NCBI GenBank assembly: GCA_024405635.1
Contig: JAKSOL010000009.1
Span: 46,491-110,490 of the forward strand
DNA: 64,000 bases
Direction: 5' to 3'
Source of the DNA: Salinivirgaceae bacterium
GTDB taxonomy: Bacteria > Bacteroidota > Bacteroidia > Bacteroidales > SZUA-534
In this document: positions 29,815-43,058 of the stretch, piece after piece
Layout: every line of letters starts with the position of its first letter
Numbering within the stretch: position 1 is the first letter of the stretch
Notes under the pieces: model-generated
What the model saw: only the letters and a program-made list of their open reading frames with translations
Database searches by the model: none
Told to the model about the DNA's origin: nothing
Made by a program: the position numbers and the translations under genes

Positions 29815-32800
29815 TTACTCTTCGTCGTTAAGTGCAATTGTTTCAAAGTCCTCTTTAGGAGTTACAATAACATCGTTAAAGCGGCGAACACCAGTACCAG
29901 CAGGAATCAAGTGTCCAACAATAACGTTTTCTTTCAATCCCTCAAGGCTATCTGACTTACCTTCAATTGCAGCCTCGTTAAGCACCTTAGTTGTCTCTTG
30001 GAATGACGCAGCAGAAATGAAACTACGTGTTTTAAGAGCAGCTTTGGTAATACCTTGAAGAACCTGTGTTGAAGTTGCAGGAACAGCATCGCGTGCCTCA
30101 ATTTGTCTCAAGTCCTTACGTTTCAAGATAGAGTTCTCGTCACGTAGTTTGCGAGCTGAAATGATGCTTCCAACATGCAAGTCTGAATCACCTTTGTCAA
30201 CAATAACTTTCTTGTCCCAAATCCAATCGTTTTCTTCAAGGAAGTCGTTTTTGTCAACCAATTGTTTTTCAAGGAATTTGGTATCACCTGGCTCTGCAAT
30301 TTCAACTTTACGCATCATTTGGCGAACAATCACCTCAAAGTGCTTATCGTTGATTTTCACACCTTGCAAACGGTAAACCTCTTGAACCTCATTAACAATG
30401 TATTCTTGAACTTTGGTAGGTCCTTTAATTTTCAAGATATCAGATGGAGTAATCACACCGTCAGACAATGGGATACCTGCTCTTACATAGTCGCCTTCTT
30501 GTACAAGGATTTGTTTTGAAAGCGAAATCAAGTATTTTGCCTCCTCGCCTGTACGCGATGTGATAACAATCTCGCGGCTACCACGTTTAATCTTGCCGTA
30601 AGAAACTGTACCATCAATCTCAGCTACAATTGCTGGGTTAGATGGGTTACGAGCCTCAAACAACTCAGTAACACGTGGAAGACCACCAGTAATATCGCCC
30701 GCTTTACTATTAGCACGAGGTATCTTAACAATTACTTGGCCACACTTAATTTTTTCTCCCTCTGAAACTACTACGTGAGCACCTACTGGAGTGTTGTAAG
30801 TCTTTATAACATCGCCTGCTTTGTCTTTAATAACAATTGCAGGGTTTTTGGTTTTGTCACGAGACTCAATAACCACTTTTTCACCGAAACCTGTTGTTTC
30901 GTCAGTCTCACTACGATATGTTACATTTTCTTGGAAGTTATCCAATGTACACTCACCGCTGGCCTCTGAAATAATAACAGCGTTGTATGGGTCCCATTCG
31001 CAAATCAAGTCACCTTTCTTAACCTCTGCACCATCTTTTACATACAATTTAGAACCGTATGAAATATCGTGATGTGCAAGTTCAATTCCAGTTTCTTTTG
31101 CTACCAAGCGCATTTCTGCCAAACGACCAACAACTACATCTACACCTTTATCTTCCTCGCTAGCAATTGAGCGAAGTTCTTCAAAGTGAACAATACCATC
31201 GTTGTTTGCTACAATGCTCGAATCGGTTGCAACGTTACCTGCTGTACCACCCACGTGGAAAGTACGAAGTGTCAACTGTGTACCAGGCTCACCAATTGAT
31301 TGAGCAGCAATAACACCTACTGCTTCACCAATTTGAACCATTCGGCTATTTGACAAGTTACGTCCATAACATTTTGCACAAACGCCATTCTTTGACTCGC
31401 ATGTCAATACCGAACGCATCTCAACTTGCTCAATTGGAGACTCATCAATAACTTTGGCAATCTCCTCGGTAAATTCCTCACCAGCCTTGATAATTAATTC
31501 ACCTGTAATTGGGTGATAAATATCATGAACTGAAGTACGGCCAAGAATACGTTCGTACAACGACTCAACTATATCCTCGTTCTTCTTAAGAGCTGTAGCA
31601 ACCAAACCTCTTAATGTACCGCAATCTTCTTCATTAATAATAACATCATTTGAAACGTCAACCAAACGACGAGTCAAGTAACCAGCATCGGCTGTTTTCA
31701 AAGCAGTATCGGCCAAACCCTTACGAGCACCGTGCGATGAAATAAAGAACTCGTGACCAGACAAACCTTCTTTAAAGTTCGATAGAATTGGTGTCTCAAT
31801 AATCTGTCCACCCTCTGCGCCTGCTTTTTGTGGTTTTGCCATCAAACCACGCATTCCACAAAGCTGACGAATCTGCTCCTTTGAACCACGGGCTCCAGAG
31901 TCAAGCATCATGTATACTGAGTTGAATCCTTGACGGTCGCTACTCAATTGTTTCATCAATTTATCAGTTAATTGAGCATTAACACGTGTCCAAATATCAA
32001 TAACCTGATTGTAACGTTCGTTGTTTGTGATGAAACCCATATTATAGTTACCCATAACCTCGGCAATCTCATCATAACCTTTATTTACCAATTCAGCTTT
32101 GTCGGCTGGAATAATAACGTCGCCCAAATTAAACGACAATCCACCTTCAAATGCCATGCGGTATCCTAAGTTCTTGATATCGTCAAGGAATTGTGCAGTA
32201 ACTGCAGTTCCACAAACTTTATATACTTTACCAATTATATCACGAAGCGATTTTTTGGTCAAGATAGTATTCAAATAACCTACTTCAGTAGGTACAAATT
32301 CGTTAACAATTACGCGACCAACTGTTGTTTCAATAATACGGTCAACAATGTTTCCGTTTTCATCAACATCTTTGGTTTTAACTTTAATGTTAGCGTGAAG
32401 GTCAACTCTCTTTTCGTTGTATGCAATTTGCACCTCCTCTGGAGAATAGAAGGTAATGCCCTCACCCAACGCACCTTTTAGTCCTTTTGTAATGTAATAC
32501 AAACCAAGAACCATGTCTTGAGAAGGCACTGTAATAGGAGCTCCATTAGCAGGGTTTAGAATGTTATGTGAACCTAGCATCAACATTTGAGCCTCAAGTA
32601 CTGCTGCATTACCTAGTGGCAAGTGAACAGCCATTTGGTCACCATCAAAGTCGGCGTTGAACGCTGTACATGCCAATGGATGAAGTTGAATAGCTTTTCC
32701 CTCAATAAGTTTAGGTTGGAAAGCTTGGATACCCAAACGGTGCAAGGTAGGAGCACGGTTTAATAATACTGGGTGTCCTTTAATAACGTTCTCCAAAATA

Positions 32801-34065
32801 TCCCAAACTACAGGATCTTTTCTATCTACAATCTTTTTAGCTGATTTTACGGTTTTTACAATACCACGCTCAATCAACTTTCTAATAACAAATGGCTTAT
32901 ATAGTTCGGCAGCCATATCTTTTGGCAAACCGCACTCATGCATTTTCAATTCAGGACCAACGACAATTACTGAACGAGCTGAATAGTCAACACGTTTACC
33001 AAGCAAGTTTTGACGGAAACGACCTTGTTTTCCTTTCAAACTATCACTCAACGATTTAAGCGAGCGATTGCTATCTGCTCTAACTGTTGACGACTTACGT
33101 GAGTTGTCAAACAACGAGTCAACAGCCTCTTGCAACATACGTTTCTCATTGCGAAGGATTACTTCTGGAGCCTTAATGTTGATAAGACGTTTCAAACGGT
33201 TATTACGAATAATAACACGACGATATAAGTCATTCAAGTCAGAAGTAGCAAATCGACCACCATCAAGTGGTACCAAAGGACGCAACTCTGGAGGAGTTAC
33301 AGGAACAACTTTGATAATCATCCACTCTGGACGGTTTTTGCCTTTTGATGCACGGAATGACTCAACTATTTGCAAACGTTTTAATGCTTCTGCCTTACGT
33401 TGTTGCGAAGTTTCGGTTGATGCCGAAGCTCTCAAGCTAGCTGCAAGTTCGTCCAAGTCAATGTTTTGTAGCAATTCGTAAATTGCTTCGGCACCCATTT
33501 TTGCAACAAACTTGTTTGGATCTTTATCGTCAAGATATTGGTTTTCTTTTGGCAGTCTATCGCACAAATCCAAATACTCTTCTTCTGAAAGAAGGTCAAG
33601 TTTCTTAACTCCTTCCTCCTCTAGAATACCAGGATTGATAACCGCATATTTCTCGTAATAAATGATCGAGTCCAACTTTTTGGCAGGAATACCCAACAAG
33701 TAACCAATTTTGTTAGGCATTGATTTAAAGTACCAAATATGAGCTACTGGAACCTCCAATTGAATGTGTCCCATACGCTCGCGACGTACTTTTTTCTCTG
33801 TCACTTCAACACCGCATCGGTCACAAACAATGCCTTTATATCTAATACGTTTGTACTTACCGCAATGGCACTCATAGTCTTTTACTGGACCAAAGATGCG
33901 CTCGCAGAACAAACCATCTCTTTCTGGTTTGTATGTACGATAGTTGATAGTTTCTGGCTTCAAAACCTCACCGGCTGATCGTTCCAAAATCTCTTCTGGT
34001 GATGCCAACCCAATTGTGATATGAGTGAACTCGCTCTTTGTTTTATTTTCCTTTCTAAAAGCCAT
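29815..34065 (-). CDS. rpoC: RNA polymerase beta' subunit
   Basis: [12 protein letters not shown] catalytic motif; Zn-finger cysteines; full length. Confidence 0.99.
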   Translation of the reverse strand: MAFRKENKTKSEFTHITIGLASPEEILERSAGEVLKPETINYRTYKPERDGLFCERIFGPVKDYECHCGKYKRIRYKGIVCDRCGVEVTEKKVRRERMGHIQLEVPVAHIWYFKSMPNKIGYLLGIPAKKLDSIIYYEKYAVINPGILEEEGVKKLDLLSEEEYLDLCDRLPKENQYLDDKDPNKFVAKMGAEAIYELLQNIDLDELAASLRASASTETSQQRKAEALKRLQIVESFRASKGKNRPEWMIIKVVPVTPPELRPLVPLDGGRFATSDLNDLYRRVIIRNNRLKRLINIKAPEVILRNEKRMLQEAVDSLFDNSRKSSTVRADSNRSLKSLSDSLKGKQGRFRQNLLGKRVDYSARSVIVVGPELKMHECGLPKDMAAELYKPFVIRKLIERGIVKTVKSAKKIVDRKDPVVWDILENVIKGHPVLLNRAPTLHRLGIQAFQPKLIEGKAIQLHPLACTAFNADFDGDQMAVHLPLGNAAVLEAQMLMLGSHNILNPANGAPITVPSQDMVLGLYYITKGLKGALGEGITFYSPEEVQIAYNEKRVDLHANIKVKTKDVDENGNIVDRIIETTVGRVIVNEFVPTEVGYLNTILTKKSLRDIIGKVYKVCGTAVTAQFLDDIKNLGYRMAFEGGLSFNLGDVIIPADKAELVNKGYDEIAEVMGNYNMGFITNNERYNQVIDIWTRVNAQLTDKLMKQLSSDRQGFNSVYMMLDSGARGSKEQIRQLCGMRGLMAKPQKAGAEGGQIIETPILSNFKEGLSGHEFFISSHGARKGLADTALKTADAGYLTRRLVDVSNDVIINEEDCGTLRGLVATALKKNEDIVESLYERILGRTSVHDIYHPITGELIIKAGEEFTEEIAKVIDESPIEQVEMRSVLTCESKNGVCAKCYGRNLSNSRMVQIGEAVGVIAAQSIGEPGTQLTLRTFHVGGTAGNVATDSSIVANNDGIVHFEELRSIASEEDKGVDVVVGRLAEMRLVAKETGIELAHHDISYGSKLYVKDGAEVKKGDLICEWDPYNAVIISEASGECTLDNFQENVTYRSETDETTGFGEKVVIESRDKTKNPAIVIKDKAGDVIKTYNTPVGAHVVVSEGEKIKCGQVIVKIPRANSKAGDITGGLPRVTELFEARNPSNPAIVAEIDGTVSYGKIKRGSREIVITSRTGEEAKYLISLSKQILVQEGDYVRAGIPLSDGVITPSDILKIKGPTKVQEYIVNEVQEVYRLQGVKINDKHFEVIVRQMMRKVEIAEPGDTKFLEKQLVDKNDFLEENDWIWDKKVIVDKGDSDLHVGSIISARKLRDENSILKRKDLRQIEARDAVPATSTQVLQGITKAALKTRSFISAASFQETTKVLNEAAIEGKSDSLEGLKENVIVGHLIPAGTGVRRFNDVIVTPKEDFETIALNDEE

Positions 34066-34130
34066 AGATGGATTTATTTAAAAAGTTTATAAAGAGAGTA
34101 GGTGTTACCCCACTCTCCTATTTTTTTTGA

Positions 34131-37100
34131 TTATTCAAGATTAATGCTCAAACCTAAGCCACGCAATTCGTGTAGCAATACGTTAAGTGATTCAGGAATG
34201 CCAGGTGTTGGCATTGGTTCGCCCTTAACAATAGCCTCGTATGCTTTTGCACGTCCAACTACATCATCTGACTTAACTGTCAAAATCTCTTGCAAGACGT
34301 TTGATGCACCGAATGCCTCAAGAGCCCAAACCTCCATCTCACCAAAACGTTGACCACCAAATTGTGCTTTACCGCCCAAAGGTTGTTGTGTAATAAGTGA
34401 GTAAGGTCCAATAGACCTTGCATGCATCTTATCATCAACCATGTGACCTAGTTTCAACATATAAATCACACCTACAGTAGCAGGTTGGTGGAATTTCTCG
34501 CCTGTACCTCCATCATACAAATATGTACGACCGAATTCTGGCACTCCAGCTTTGTTTGTCAATTCAGTAATCTCATCTAGAGTTGCACCATCGAAAATTG
34601 GAGTTGCAAATTTAACACCCAACTCACGACCAGCCCAACCAAGCACGGTTTCGTAAATCTGACCTAGGTTCATACGAGAAGGCACACCCAATGGGTTCAA
34701 TACGATATCAACTGGGGTTCCATCCTCCAAGAATGGCATATCCTCATCACGTACTACGCGAGCAACAATACCCTTATTACCGTGACGACCCGCCATCTTA
34801 TCACCTACTCTAATTTTACGTTTTTTAGCAATGTATACTTTTGCCATTTGGATAATTCCATTTGGAAGTTCATCGCCAACCGAGATGTTGTATTTTTTGC
34901 GGCTGTACTCTCCTTGAATCTCACGAACTTTTATTGTGAAATTATGGAGAAGTTCTGCTATCATTTCATTTTTATCCTTGTCTGTTGTCCACTTATTTGG
35001 ATTAACATTCAAGTAATCAATCTCCTTTAAAGCTGTTTGGGTAAATTTGGTTCCTTTGCTAATAATATCAGCGCCCAAGTAATCCTTAACACCTTGAGAA
35101 ACCTTACCATTAATTAACGAGAACAATTTCTCAACCAACTTAGCCTTAAATTCATCAACCTCTTTTTGGCAATCCTCGTCTAGTTTCTGAGTAATAGCTT
35201 TCTCTGCTGTTTTCCCTTTTTTGTCTTTCACCAAACGAGAGAACAAACGCTTGTCAATAACAACTCCCGAAAGTGAGTTGGTTGCTTTTAAAGAAGCATC
35301 TTTCACGTCACCAGCTTTATCACCAAAGATTGCACGAAGCAATTTTTCCTCTGGAGAAGGATCAGACTCACCTTTTGGTGTAATCTTACCTATAAGAATA
35401 TCTCCAGGTTTTACGTGAGCACCTATTCTAATTAAACCATTTTCATCTAGGTTCTTAGTAGCATCCTCACTTACATTTGGAATATCTGGAGTCAATTCCT
35501 CCATGCCTCGTTTTGTGTCACGAACCTCAAGAATATGCTCATCAATATGCAATGATGTGAATAAATCTTCGCGAACTACACGCTCAGAAAGAACAATAGC
35601 ATCCTCAAAGTTATAACCTTTCCAAGGCATAAATGCAACCTTCAAGTTTCTTCCCAAAGCTAGCTCTCCACCTTCTGTTGCATATCCTTCAGTTAAAACA
35701 GTGCCTTTTACAACACGCTGACCTTTCATTACAATTGGACGTTGGTTGTTGCACATGCTTTGGTTAGTTTTTTGGAACTTGCATAGATTATAAGTAACGT
35801 CATCGCCCTCAAAACTTACAAAACGTTGTTCATCAGTACGATCATAACGCACAACAATCTTATCAGCATCTACATATTCTATAACACCATCACCTTCAGC
35901 ACGAACCATAGTACGAGAGTCTTCTGCAACTTTCTTCTCAATACCAGTTCCAACAATAGGCGATTCTGGATGAAGCAAAGGAACTGCTTGGCGCATCATG
36001 TTAGAACCCATCAACGCACGGTTAGCATCATCATGCTCCAAGAATGGAATCAATGAAGCAGCAATTGAAGTCATTTGGTTTGGCGCCACATCCATCAAGT
36101 TAATATCCTCAGGATTTGACTCTGGGAAATCTGCTTGCAAACGAGCTTTAACCTTTGAACCTGCAAATGCACCATCCTCATTTAAAGGAACATTAGCTGG
36201 TGCAATAATTTTGCCTTCTTCATCCTCTGCTGTAAAGTAAACAACATTGTTATTATCCATATCAACCTTGCCATTAACAACGCTACGATATGGAGTTTCA
36301 ATAAAGCCCAAACGGTTAATCTTTGCAAACACACACAATGAAGAAATCAAACCAATGTTTGGTCCCTCAGGTGTCTCAATTGGGCAAAGACGACCATAAT
36401 GAGTATAGTGAACGTCACGAACCTCAAAACCTGCACGATCACGAGACAAACCACCAGGACCCAATGCAGACAAACGACGTTTATGGGTCATTTCTGACAA
36501 TGGGTTTGTTTGGTCCATAAATTGTGACAAGGCATTTGTTCCAAAGAACGAGTTGATAACGCTTGAAATTGTTTTAGCATTAATCAAATCGGCAGGGGTA
36601 AATACCTCATTGTCACGAACATTCATACGTTCACGAATAGTACGAGCCATACGTGCCAAACCAACACTAAATTGGTTTTGCAACTGTTCACCAACAGTGC
36701 GAACACGACGGTTACTCAAGTGGTCAATATCATCAACATCTGTCTTGCTATTAATAAGCTCAATTAGATATTCAATGATTTTGATAATATCTTCTTTTGT
36801 AAGAACTCTCTCTTCACTAGAGTTCAAATTCAATTTACGATTAATGCGGAAACGTCCTACTTCACCCAAATCATAACGTTTGTCAGAGAAGAACAACTTA
36901 TCAAACGTATCTCTAGCAGTAGTCTCATCAGGAGCGTCAGCATTACGCAATTGTTTATAAATATAAAGAACCGCCTCTTTTTCTGAGTTACAAGGGTCCT
37001 TTTGCAATGTATTATAAATGATGTTGTATTCCGAGTTAGCATCTTCTTTATGCAACAAGATGTTTTTAGCTCCAGATTCTACAATAGCATCAATATCTTC

Positions 37101-37937
37101 GTTTTTAAGTTCGGTGTTTCGGTCAACCACAACTTCATTACGTTCAACAGAAACAACCTCACCGGTATCCTCATCAACAAAGTCTTCGGTCCAAGTTTTA
37201 AGAACACGAGCAGCCAAAGTACGGCCAACAACTTTTTTCAAACCGGTTTTAGAAACCTTCACCTCATCTGCAAGTTTGAAGATTTCAAGGATATCCCTAT
37301 CAGTTTGATATCCAATGGCTCTCAACAAAGTGGTAACAGGCAATTTCTTTTTACGGTCAATGTATGCATACATAACGTTATTAATGTCAGTAGCAAATTC
37401 AATCCATGAACCTTTGAAAGGAATAATTCTTGCCGAATACAATTTTGTTCCATTAGCATGCATTGATTGTCCAAAGAATACACCAGGAGAACGATGCAAT
37501 TGAGAAACAATAACACGCTCAGCACCATTAATAACAAATGTACCTTTAGGTGTCATGTAAGGAACAGTACCCAAATACACATCTTGAACTACAGTAGCAA
37601 AATCCTCATGATCAGGATCTGTACAATATAGTTTAAGTTTGGCCTTTAGTGGAATACTATAAGTCAAACCACGCTCAATGCACTCTTCAATAGTATATCG
37701 AGGAGTATCAATTGAATAATCTAAAAACTCCAATACATACAAGTTACGGGCATCAGTTATTGGAAAATTTTCCTCAAAAACCTTATAAAGGCCCTCTTGC
37801 TTTCTTTGCTCTGGAGTGGTATTTGTATTGAAAAAATTATTGAATGAAGCTAACTGAATTTCCAGAAAATCCGGATACTCAAGCTGTTTTTTATTTGAAG
37901 CAAAGCTTATTCTTTCTTTGTAACCAGTTGAAGCCAT
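34131..37937 (-). CDS. rpoB: RNA polymerase beta subunit
   Basis: [22 protein letters not shown] and GGQRFGEME motifs. Confidence 0.99.
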   Translation of the reverse strand: MASTGYKERISFASNKKQLEYPDFLEIQLASFNNFFNTNTTPEQRKQEGLYKVFEENFPITDARNLYVLEFLDYSIDTPRYTIEECIERGLTYSIPLKAKLKLYCTDPDHEDFATVVQDVYLGTVPYMTPKGTFVINGAERVIVSQLHRSPGVFFGQSMHANGTKLYSARIIPFKGSWIEFATDINNVMYAYIDRKKKLPVTTLLRAIGYQTDRDILEIFKLADEVKVSKTGLKKVVGRTLAARVLKTWTEDFVDEDTGEVVSVERNEVVVDRNTELKNEDIDAIVESGAKNILLHKEDANSEYNIIYNTLQKDPCNSEKEAVLYIYKQLRNADAPDETTARDTFDKLFFSDKRYDLGEVGRFRINRKLNLNSSEERVLTKEDIIKIIEYLIELINSKTDVDDIDHLSNRRVRTVGEQLQNQFSVGLARMARTIRERMNVRDNEVFTPADLINAKTISSVINSFFGTNALSQFMDQTNPLSEMTHKRRLSALGPGGLSRDRAGFEVRDVHYTHYGRLCPIETPEGPNIGLISSLCVFAKINRLGFIETPYRSVVNGKVDMDNNNVVYFTAEDEEGKIIAPANVPLNEDGAFAGSKVKARLQADFPESNPEDINLMDVAPNQMTSIAASLIPFLEHDDANRALMGSNMMRQAVPLLHPESPIVGTGIEKKVAEDSRTMVRAEGDGVIEYVDADKIVVRYDRTDEQRFVSFEGDDVTYNLCKFQKTNQSMCNNQRPIVMKGQRVVKGTVLTEGYATEGGELALGRNLKVAFMPWKGYNFEDAIVLSERVVREDLFTSLHIDEHILEVRDTKRGMEELTPDIPNVSEDATKNLDENGLIRIGAHVKPGDILIGKITPKGESDPSPEEKLLRAIFGDKAGDVKDASLKATNSLSGVVIDKRLFSRLVKDKKGKTAEKAITQKLDEDCQKEVDEFKAKLVEKLFSLINGKVSQGVKDYLGADIISKGTKFTQTALKEIDYLNVNPNKWTTDKDKNEMIAELLHNFTIKVREIQGEYSRKKYNISVGDELPNGIIQMAKVYIAKKRKIRVGDKMAGRHGNKGIVARVVRDEDMPFLEDGTPVDIVLNPLGVPSRMNLGQIYETVLGWAGRELGVKFATPIFDGATLDEITELTNKAGVPEFGRTYLYDGGTGEKFHQPATVGVIYMLKLGHMVDDKMHARSIGPYSLITQQPLGGKAQFGGQRFGEMEVWALEAFGASNVLQEILTVKSDDVVGRAKAYEAIVKGEPMPTPGIPESLNVLLHELRGLGLSINLE

Positions 37938-37975
37938 AATTCTTTAAAATAAAGAGAACTTAAAAATAAAACGAC

Positions 37976-38010
37976 AAAAAGGCTTAGTGTTATTACTAAC
38001 ACTAAACCTT
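37976..38010 (-). terminator. Terminator/attenuator between rplL and rpoB
   Basis: Minus strand aaggtttagtgtta-gtaa-taacactaagcc followed by T5. Confidence 0.75.
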
Positions 38011-38031
38011 ATACTTTATCCTAAATGAGTC

Positions 38032-38409
38032 TTATTTAAGCTCAACTGCAGCTCCAGCTTCTTCCAATTGTGCTTTTAGAGATTCAGCTTCTTCTTTAGA
38101 AACACCTGTTTTCAACTCTTTTGGTGCACCATCAACAAGCTCTTTAGCCTCTTTTAGACCAAGACCAGTAAGTTCTTTTACCAATTTAACTACTTGAAGT
38201 TTTTGAGCACCAGCATCTTTAAGGATTACATCAAACTCGCTTTTCTCAGCAGCTGCACCTTCACCAGCACCAGCAGCAGGAGCTGCAACAGCTACAGCAG
38301 CAGCAGCAGGTTCAATACCGTATTCATCTTTAAGAATTGCAGCCAACTCATTTACCTCTTTAACAGTCAAGTTAACCAACTCTTCTGCAAACTTTTTCAA
38401 ATCTGCCAT
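38032..38409 (-). CDS. rplL: 50S ribosomal protein L7/L12
   Basis: Ala-rich hinge; [12 protein letters not shown]. Confidence 0.98.
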   Translation of the reverse strand: MADLKKFAEELVNLTVKEVNELAAILKDEYGIEPAAAAVAVAAPAAGAGEGAAAEKSEFDVILKDAGAQKLQVVKLVKELTGLGLKEAKELVDGAPKELKTGVSKEEAESLKAQLEEAGAAVELK

Positions 38410-38446
38410 TTTAAATCTATTTTAATAATTTGTTTACAATAAAATA

Positions 38447-38962
38447 CTACTTCTCTGATAATGTTTTCAAAACGCCTGTCAATGTTTGACCACCCGATTG
38501 AAGAGCAGAAATAACATTCTTGGCAGGTGATTGGAGCAAGGCCACAACATCTGCGATAAGATCTTTCTTAGACTTAACATTAGCCAAAGCATCGATTTGG
38601 TTATCGCCAATATAGAAGGACTCTTCAACATAAGCAGCTTTCAAAATTGGTCTATCACAACCTTTTCTAAACTCCTTAATCAATTTACCTGGAACATTAG
38701 CTGTCTCGGTAAACATAATTGAAGTATTGCCTTTCAATGAGCCAAATAGTTCTGAGTAATCAGTACCTGATAACTCCATTGCTTTTTTAAGCAAGGTATT
38801 CTTTACTACAACTAATTCAACGTTTTGATTAAAGCAAGTTCTTCTCAACTTCGATGTTTGCTCTGCATTCAAATTTGAAATGTCAGTCAAATAGAAGTGA
38901 TTAGCGGCTTTCAAACGTTCAACTAGGCTGTCAATAATAGCAGTTTTATCTTCGCGCTTCAT
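38447..38962 (-). CDS. rplJ: 50S ribosomal protein L10
   Basis: VVKNTL motif; position between rplA and rplL. Confidence 0.97.
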   Translation of the reverse strand: MKREDKTAIIDSLVERLKAANHFYLTDISNLNAEQTSKLRRTCFNQNVELVVVKNTLLKKAMELSGTDYSELFGSLKGNTSIMFTETANVPGKLIKEFRKGCDRPILKAAYVEESFYIGDNQIDALANVKSKKDLIADVVALLQSPAKNVISALQSGGQTLTGVLKTLSEK

Positions 38963-38974
38963 AATTCTTCGTTT

Positions 38975-39667
38975 TTACGCAATTGTTTTAACATCAACTG
39001 GTATACCAGGACTCATAGTGCTAGATAAGCTGATACTCTTAACATAAGTACCTTTAGCTGACGAAGGTTTTAGCTTCAAAACAGTATTAATCATTTCTTG
39101 AGCATTCTCTGAAATCTTTTCAGCATCAAACGATACTTTACCAATTCCTGCATGAATAATACCGTATTTATCAACTTTAAAGTCAATCTTACCTTGTTTA
39201 ACCTCTTTTACTGCTGTACCAATTTCCATGGTAACTGTACCACTCTTTGGATTAGGCATCAAACCACGAGGTCCTAAAACACGACCTAGAGCACCAACTT
39301 TAGCCATTATCGAAGGCATTGTAATGATAACATCAATATCAGTCCATCCTCCTTTAATTTTTTCAATGTACTCGTCTAGGCCAACATAGTCTGCACCAGC
39401 CTCTTTAGCTTCAGCTTCTTTGTCTGGTGTACATAGAACTAGAACTCTAGTTTGCTTACCCGTACCGTTAGGTAAAGAAACAACACCACGAACCATTTGA
39501 TTTGCTTTACGTGGATCAACACCCAAACGAATGTCAATATCTACAGAAGCATCAAATTTAGTTGTTGTTACCTCTTTTACCAAATGGGCAGCTTCAGACA
39601 ATGTATAAAGCTTTGAAGGCTCAATCATGCCTGCTACTTTCTTTTGATTTTTAGTTAGCTTTGCCAT
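38975..39667 (-). CDS. rplA: 50S ribosomal protein L1
   Basis: KFDASVD and [15 protein letters not shown] motifs. Confidence 0.98.
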   Translation of the reverse strand: MAKLTKNQKKVAGMIEPSKLYTLSEAAHLVKEVTTTKFDASVDIDIRLGVDPRKANQMVRGVVSLPNGTGKQTRVLVLCTPDKEAEAKEAGADYVGLDEYIEKIKGGWTDIDVIITMPSIMAKVGALGRVLGPRGLMPNPKSGTVTMEIGTAVKEVKQGKIDFKVDKYGIIHAGIGKVSFDAEKISENAQEMINTVLKLKPSSAKGTYVKSISLSSTMSPGIPVDVKTIA

Positions 39668-39686
39668 TTTCAATACGAGGTATTAA

Positions 39687-40130
39687 TTAGTTATTACTTG
39701 GGAACTCACCAGTAACTGTTACTCCCATACTGCGTGCTGTACCTGCTACAAGACGCATAGCTGATTCCAATGTAAATGCATTCAAATCAGGCATTTTATC
39801 TTGTGCAATCTCTTTAACTTGATCCCAAGTAAGAGATGCAACTTTTTTACGATTAGGTTCTGCTGAACCGCTTTTAATTTTAGCGGCCTCAAGAATCTGT
39901 ACAGCAACAGGAGGACGTTTAACTACAAAGTCAAACGACTTATCGGAATAAACAGTAATCACTACAGGTAGCACTTTGCCAGCACTATCTTGAGTTCTTG
40001 CATTAAATTGTTTGCAAAAATCCATGATGTTCACACCCTTAGAACCTAAGGCTGGTCCAACCGGAGGGGAAGGGTTGGCAGCTCCTCCCTTAATTTGCAA
40101 CTTAATCAGTCCTGCAACTTCTTTTGCCAT
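39687..40130 (-). CDS. rplK: 50S ribosomal protein L11
   Basis: [12 protein letters not shown] and GTARSMG motifs. Confidence 0.98.
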   Translation of the reverse strand: MAKEVAGLIKLQIKGGAANPSPPVGPALGSKGVNIMDFCKQFNARTQDSAGKVLPVVITVYSDKSFDFVVKRPPVAVQILEAAKIKSGSAEPNRKKVASLTWDQVKEIAQDKMPDLNAFTLESAMRLVAGTARSMGVTVTGEFPSNN

Positions 40131-40140
40131 GATTTTTGTT

Positions 40141-40716
40141 TTATTCTTTAATTACCTGCATAAAACTCAACTCAACTGGAGTTTTTCTGCCAAAAATTTT
40201 GACACTAACCTTAAGTTTTTTCTTGTCAAGATTCACCTCTTCAATCACTCCACTGAAGTTATTGAAAGGCCCATCTACAACTTTAACAGCTTCACCAACT
40301 GCAAATGTATCAAGGAGTTCTTCGTCTTGATTTGACTTTTCATCCTCAATGCCTAGCAATTTGTCAACCTCTGACTTACGGATTGGTGTCGGAATGCCAT
40401 TATTGGCTGTACTAAGAAAGCCAATAACTTCTGGTACATTACTTAAAGTATACTGAACTTCATTAATGAGCTCTGCCTCAACTAGTACGTAACCAGGAAA
40501 AGCGCACCTTTCCTTACTAATCTTCTTTTTATTTCGAACTTGATAAACTTTCTCTGTTGGAACCAAGACTTGGGAAACATATTCCGACAAAGGACGTCCA
40601 CCAATTTTCAAAATTTGAGACTCTTTAATGATGTGTTCTTTTACTTTATTTTCCTTGCCACTAATAGCACGGAGAACATACCACTTTTTCTCTACAATTT
40701 TCTCTTCCGCTGCCAT
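40141..40716 (-). CDS. nusG: Transcription termination/antitermination factor NusG
   Basis: WYVL..SGKE and FPGYVLVE motifs; KOW region DGPFNNFSG; [10 protein letters not shown]. Confidence 0.97.
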   Translation of the reverse strand: MAAEEKIVEKKWYVLRAISGKENKVKEHIIKESQILKIGGRPLSEYVSQVLVPTEKVYQVRNKKKISKERCAFPGYVLVEAELINEVQYTLSNVPEVIGFLSTANNGIPTPIRKSEVDKLLGIEDEKSNQDEELLDTFAVGEAVKVVDGPFNNFSGVIEEVNLDKKKLKVSVKIFGRKTPVELSFMQVIKE

Positions 40717-40727
40717 AACAATAGAAT

Positions 40728-40922
40728 TTACTTAAATAAACCGTAAACAAATTCCATTATTTGTGCAAACGAAAAATCCATTATGTAAATAATGAGGGCT
40801 ATAATAAAGGAAGCAACCATTACAACAATTGCACTATTTTGAAGTTCAGACCACGATGGCCAAGTTACCTTATGAAATAACTCATTAGAAACTTCACGAA
40901 AATATCCTATAATCTTTTGCAT
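40728..40922 (-). CDS. secE: Preprotein translocase subunit SecE
   Basis: EL..KVTWP motif plus one TM helix; lies between tRNA-Trp and nusG. Confidence 0.95.
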   Translation of the reverse strand: MQKIIGYFREVSNELFHKVTWPSWSELQNSAIVVMVASFIIALIIYIMDFSFAQIMEFVYGLFK

Positions 40923-40938
40923 CGTCTTATAGATTTTG

Positions 40939-41011
40939 CACGGGAGGAGCGACTCGAACGCCCGACACCTAGTTTTGGAGACTAGTGCTCTACCAACTGA
41001 ACTACTCCCGT
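40939..41011 (-). tRNA. tRNA-Trp (CCA)
   Basis: Cloverleaf ACGGGAG...CTCCCGT-G; anticodon arm CTAGT-CTCCAAA-ACTAG; GTTCGA T-loop. Confidence 0.96.
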
Positions 41012-41064
41012 AAATAAAGGATTCTAAACCAAGTTAGAATCCTTTAGGGTTATCTGATTAATTA

Positions 41065-42252
41065 TTAATCAAGGATTTCGGTGATTTGACCAGCACCTAC
41101 GGTACGACCACCCTCGCGGATAGCGAAACGAAGACCTACACTGCAAGCTACTGGAGTAATCAACTCAACAGTAATTGTCAAGTTATCACCTGGCATTACC
41201 ATCTCAGTTCCTTCTGGCAATTTAATCTCACCAGTAACATCCAAAGTACGGATGTAGAATTGAGGACGATATTTATCGTGGAATGGAGTATGACGACCAC
41301 CCTCTTCTTTTTTCAAGATATAAACCTCAGCTTTAAATTTCTTGTGAGGAGTTACAGTACCTGGTTTGCAGATAACCATACCTCTCTTGATTTGGTTTTT
41401 GTCGATACCACGAAGAAGAAGACCTACGTTATCACCAGCTTCACCTTGATCCAACAATTTGCGGAACATCTCAACACCAGTTACAGTAGAGGTCAATTTA
41501 TCCTCTTCCAAACCGATAATCTCTACAGCATCGTTTACGTGGATAACACCTGTCTCAATACGACCAGTTGCTACAGTACCACGACCTGTAATTGAGAAAA
41601 TATCCTCAACAGGCATCAAGAAATCTTTATCAACCTCACGTGGAGGAAGTGGGATATATGTATCAACAGCATCCATCAACTCCATAATTTTCTCAACCCA
41701 TTTTGGTTCAGCATTCAAACCACCAAGTGCAGAACCTTTGATGATTGGAGTTGAATCACCATCATATCCATAGAATGAAAGCAACTCACGAACTTCCATC
41801 TCAACAAGTTCAAGAAGCTCTGGGTCGTCAACCATATCAACTTTATTCAAGAAAACAACGATTTTTGGAACGTTTACTTGACGTGCCAAAAGAATGTGCT
41901 CGCGAGTTTGAGGCATTGGACCATCAGTAGCAGCCACAACCAAGATAGCACCATCCATTTGAGCAGCACCAGTAACCATGTTTTTTACATAGTCAGCGTG
42001 TCCAGGGCAGTCAACGTGTGCATAGTGGCGTGATTCTGTTTGATACTCAACGTGAGCAGTATTAATGGTAATACCACGCTCTTTCTCCTCTGGAGCATTA
42101 TCAATAGAGTCGAATGAACGCAACTCTGAAAGACCCTTTTCTGCCAATACTTTAGTAATAGCAGCGGTCAAAGTAGTTTTACCATGGTCAACGTGACCAA
42201 TAGTACCAATATTAACATGAGGTTTGGTCCTCTGAAATTGTTCTTTAGCCAT
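41065..42252 (-). CDS. tuf: Elongation factor Tu
   Basis: [21 protein letters not shown] and [10 protein letters not shown] motifs. Confidence 0.99.
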   Translation of the reverse strand: MAKEQFQRTKPHVNIGTIGHVDHGKTTLTAAITKVLAEKGLSELRSFDSIDNAPEEKERGITINTAHVEYQTESRHYAHVDCPGHADYVKNMVTGAAQMDGAILVVAATDGPMPQTREHILLARQVNVPKIVVFLNKVDMVDDPELLELVEMEVRELLSFYGYDGDSTPIIKGSALGGLNAEPKWVEKIMELMDAVDTYIPLPPREVDKDFLMPVEDIFSITGRGTVATGRIETGVIHVNDAVEIIGLEEDKLTSTVTGVEMFRKLLDQGEAGDNVGLLLRGIDKNQIKRGMVICKPGTVTPHKKFKAEVYILKKEEGGRHTPFHDKYRPQFYIRTLDVTGEIKLPEGTEMVMPGDNLTITVELITPVACSVGLRFAIREGGRTVGAGQITEILD

Positions 42253-42293
42253 AAATACCTATTATTTACAAATTTGACAATTGATCCAAGTCT

Positions 42294-42368
<75 letters not shown>

Positions 42369-42378
42369 TGATTTCTTG

Positions 42379-42451
42379 AGCGGGAAACGGGGCTCAAACC
42401 CGCGACCCTTAGCTTGGAAGGCTAATGCTCTATCAACTGAGCTACTCCCGC
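42379..42451 (-). tRNA. tRNA-Gly (TCC)
   Basis: GCGGGAG...TTCCCGC-T; anticodon loop CTTCCAA. Confidence 0.93.
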
Positions 42452-42461
42452 AATACAGTTG

Positions 42462-42544
42462 TGGGGAGAGCAGGATTCGAACCTACGAAGCTGTAAAGCA
42501 GCAGATTTACAGTCTGCCCCAGTTGGCCACTTTGGTATCTCCCC
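42462..42544 (-). tRNA. tRNA-Tyr (GTA)
   Basis: GGGGAGA...TCTCCCC-A; anticodon loop CTGTAAA; long variable arm. Confidence 0.95.
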
Positions 42545-42568
42545 AAAAAAGTTTCAACATTATAAATG

Positions 42569-42642
42569 AGCCGATAGAGGGATTCGAACCCACGACCCGC
42601 TGATTACAAATCAGCTGCTCTGGCCAACTGAGCTATATCGGC
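42569..42642 (-). tRNA. tRNA-Thr (TGT)
   Basis: GCCGATA...TATCGGC-T; anticodon loop TTTGTAA. Confidence 0.95.
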
Positions 42643-42685
42643 AACATTATTTAGAACCTGTGTTTTCGTCCCCGAAAACGGTTGG

Positions 42686-42693
42686 CAAATGTA
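42686..42693 (-). promoter_or_regulatory. -7 promoter element of the tRNA-tuf operon
   Basis: TACATTTG about 45 nt upstream of tRNA-Thr(TGT). Confidence 0.65.
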
Positions 42694-42740
42694 GAAACTT
42701 TCTGTAATAAAAAAACGTTTGACCTATTTTTTTTCAAAAA

Positions 42741-43040
42741 TTATAGTCCTTTTTGTTTCTCCTTAGCTTTTTTAAGCTGTCCTTTTAATGCGTCAACTGT
42801 CAGATCTACAGCTTCTTCGAAGGTCTTTGCGCGGTTGCTAGCAAAGGCATCATTACCTGGTATTGAAACCTTAATTTCTGCTACTTTATTCTCCGTTTTA
42901 TCCGATTTTTCCAATTTTAAGGTCACGTCTGCAGCAACTATTCCATCATAAAACGTCTCCAACTTGCCAACTTTAACATTAATAAAGTCCAAAAGTTTAG
43001 AATCTGCATTAAAGTGCAATGAATGTACATTGATTTCCAT
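42741..43040 (-). CDS. Ribosome hibernation factor (HPF/RaiA)
   Basis: S30AE-type pattern NKVAEIK..PG....A....TFEEAVD; conserved position next to the tRNA cluster. Confidence 0.9.
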   Translation of the reverse strand: MEINVHSLHFNADSKLLDFINVKVGKLETFYDGIVAADVTLKLEKSDKTENKVAEIKVSIPGNDAFASNRAKTFEEAVDLTVDALKGQLKKAKEKQKGL

Positions 43041-43058
43041 AATTAAACTCCTTTCTTT

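Noticed and set aside
36455-36550. Rifampicin-resistance changes in rpoB
   Set aside because: [24 protein letters not shown] retains the usual Q, D, H and S residues.
29815-42252. Many short antisense ORFs within rpoBC and tuf
   Set aside because: Expected shadow ORFs opposite codon-biased, highly expressed genes.
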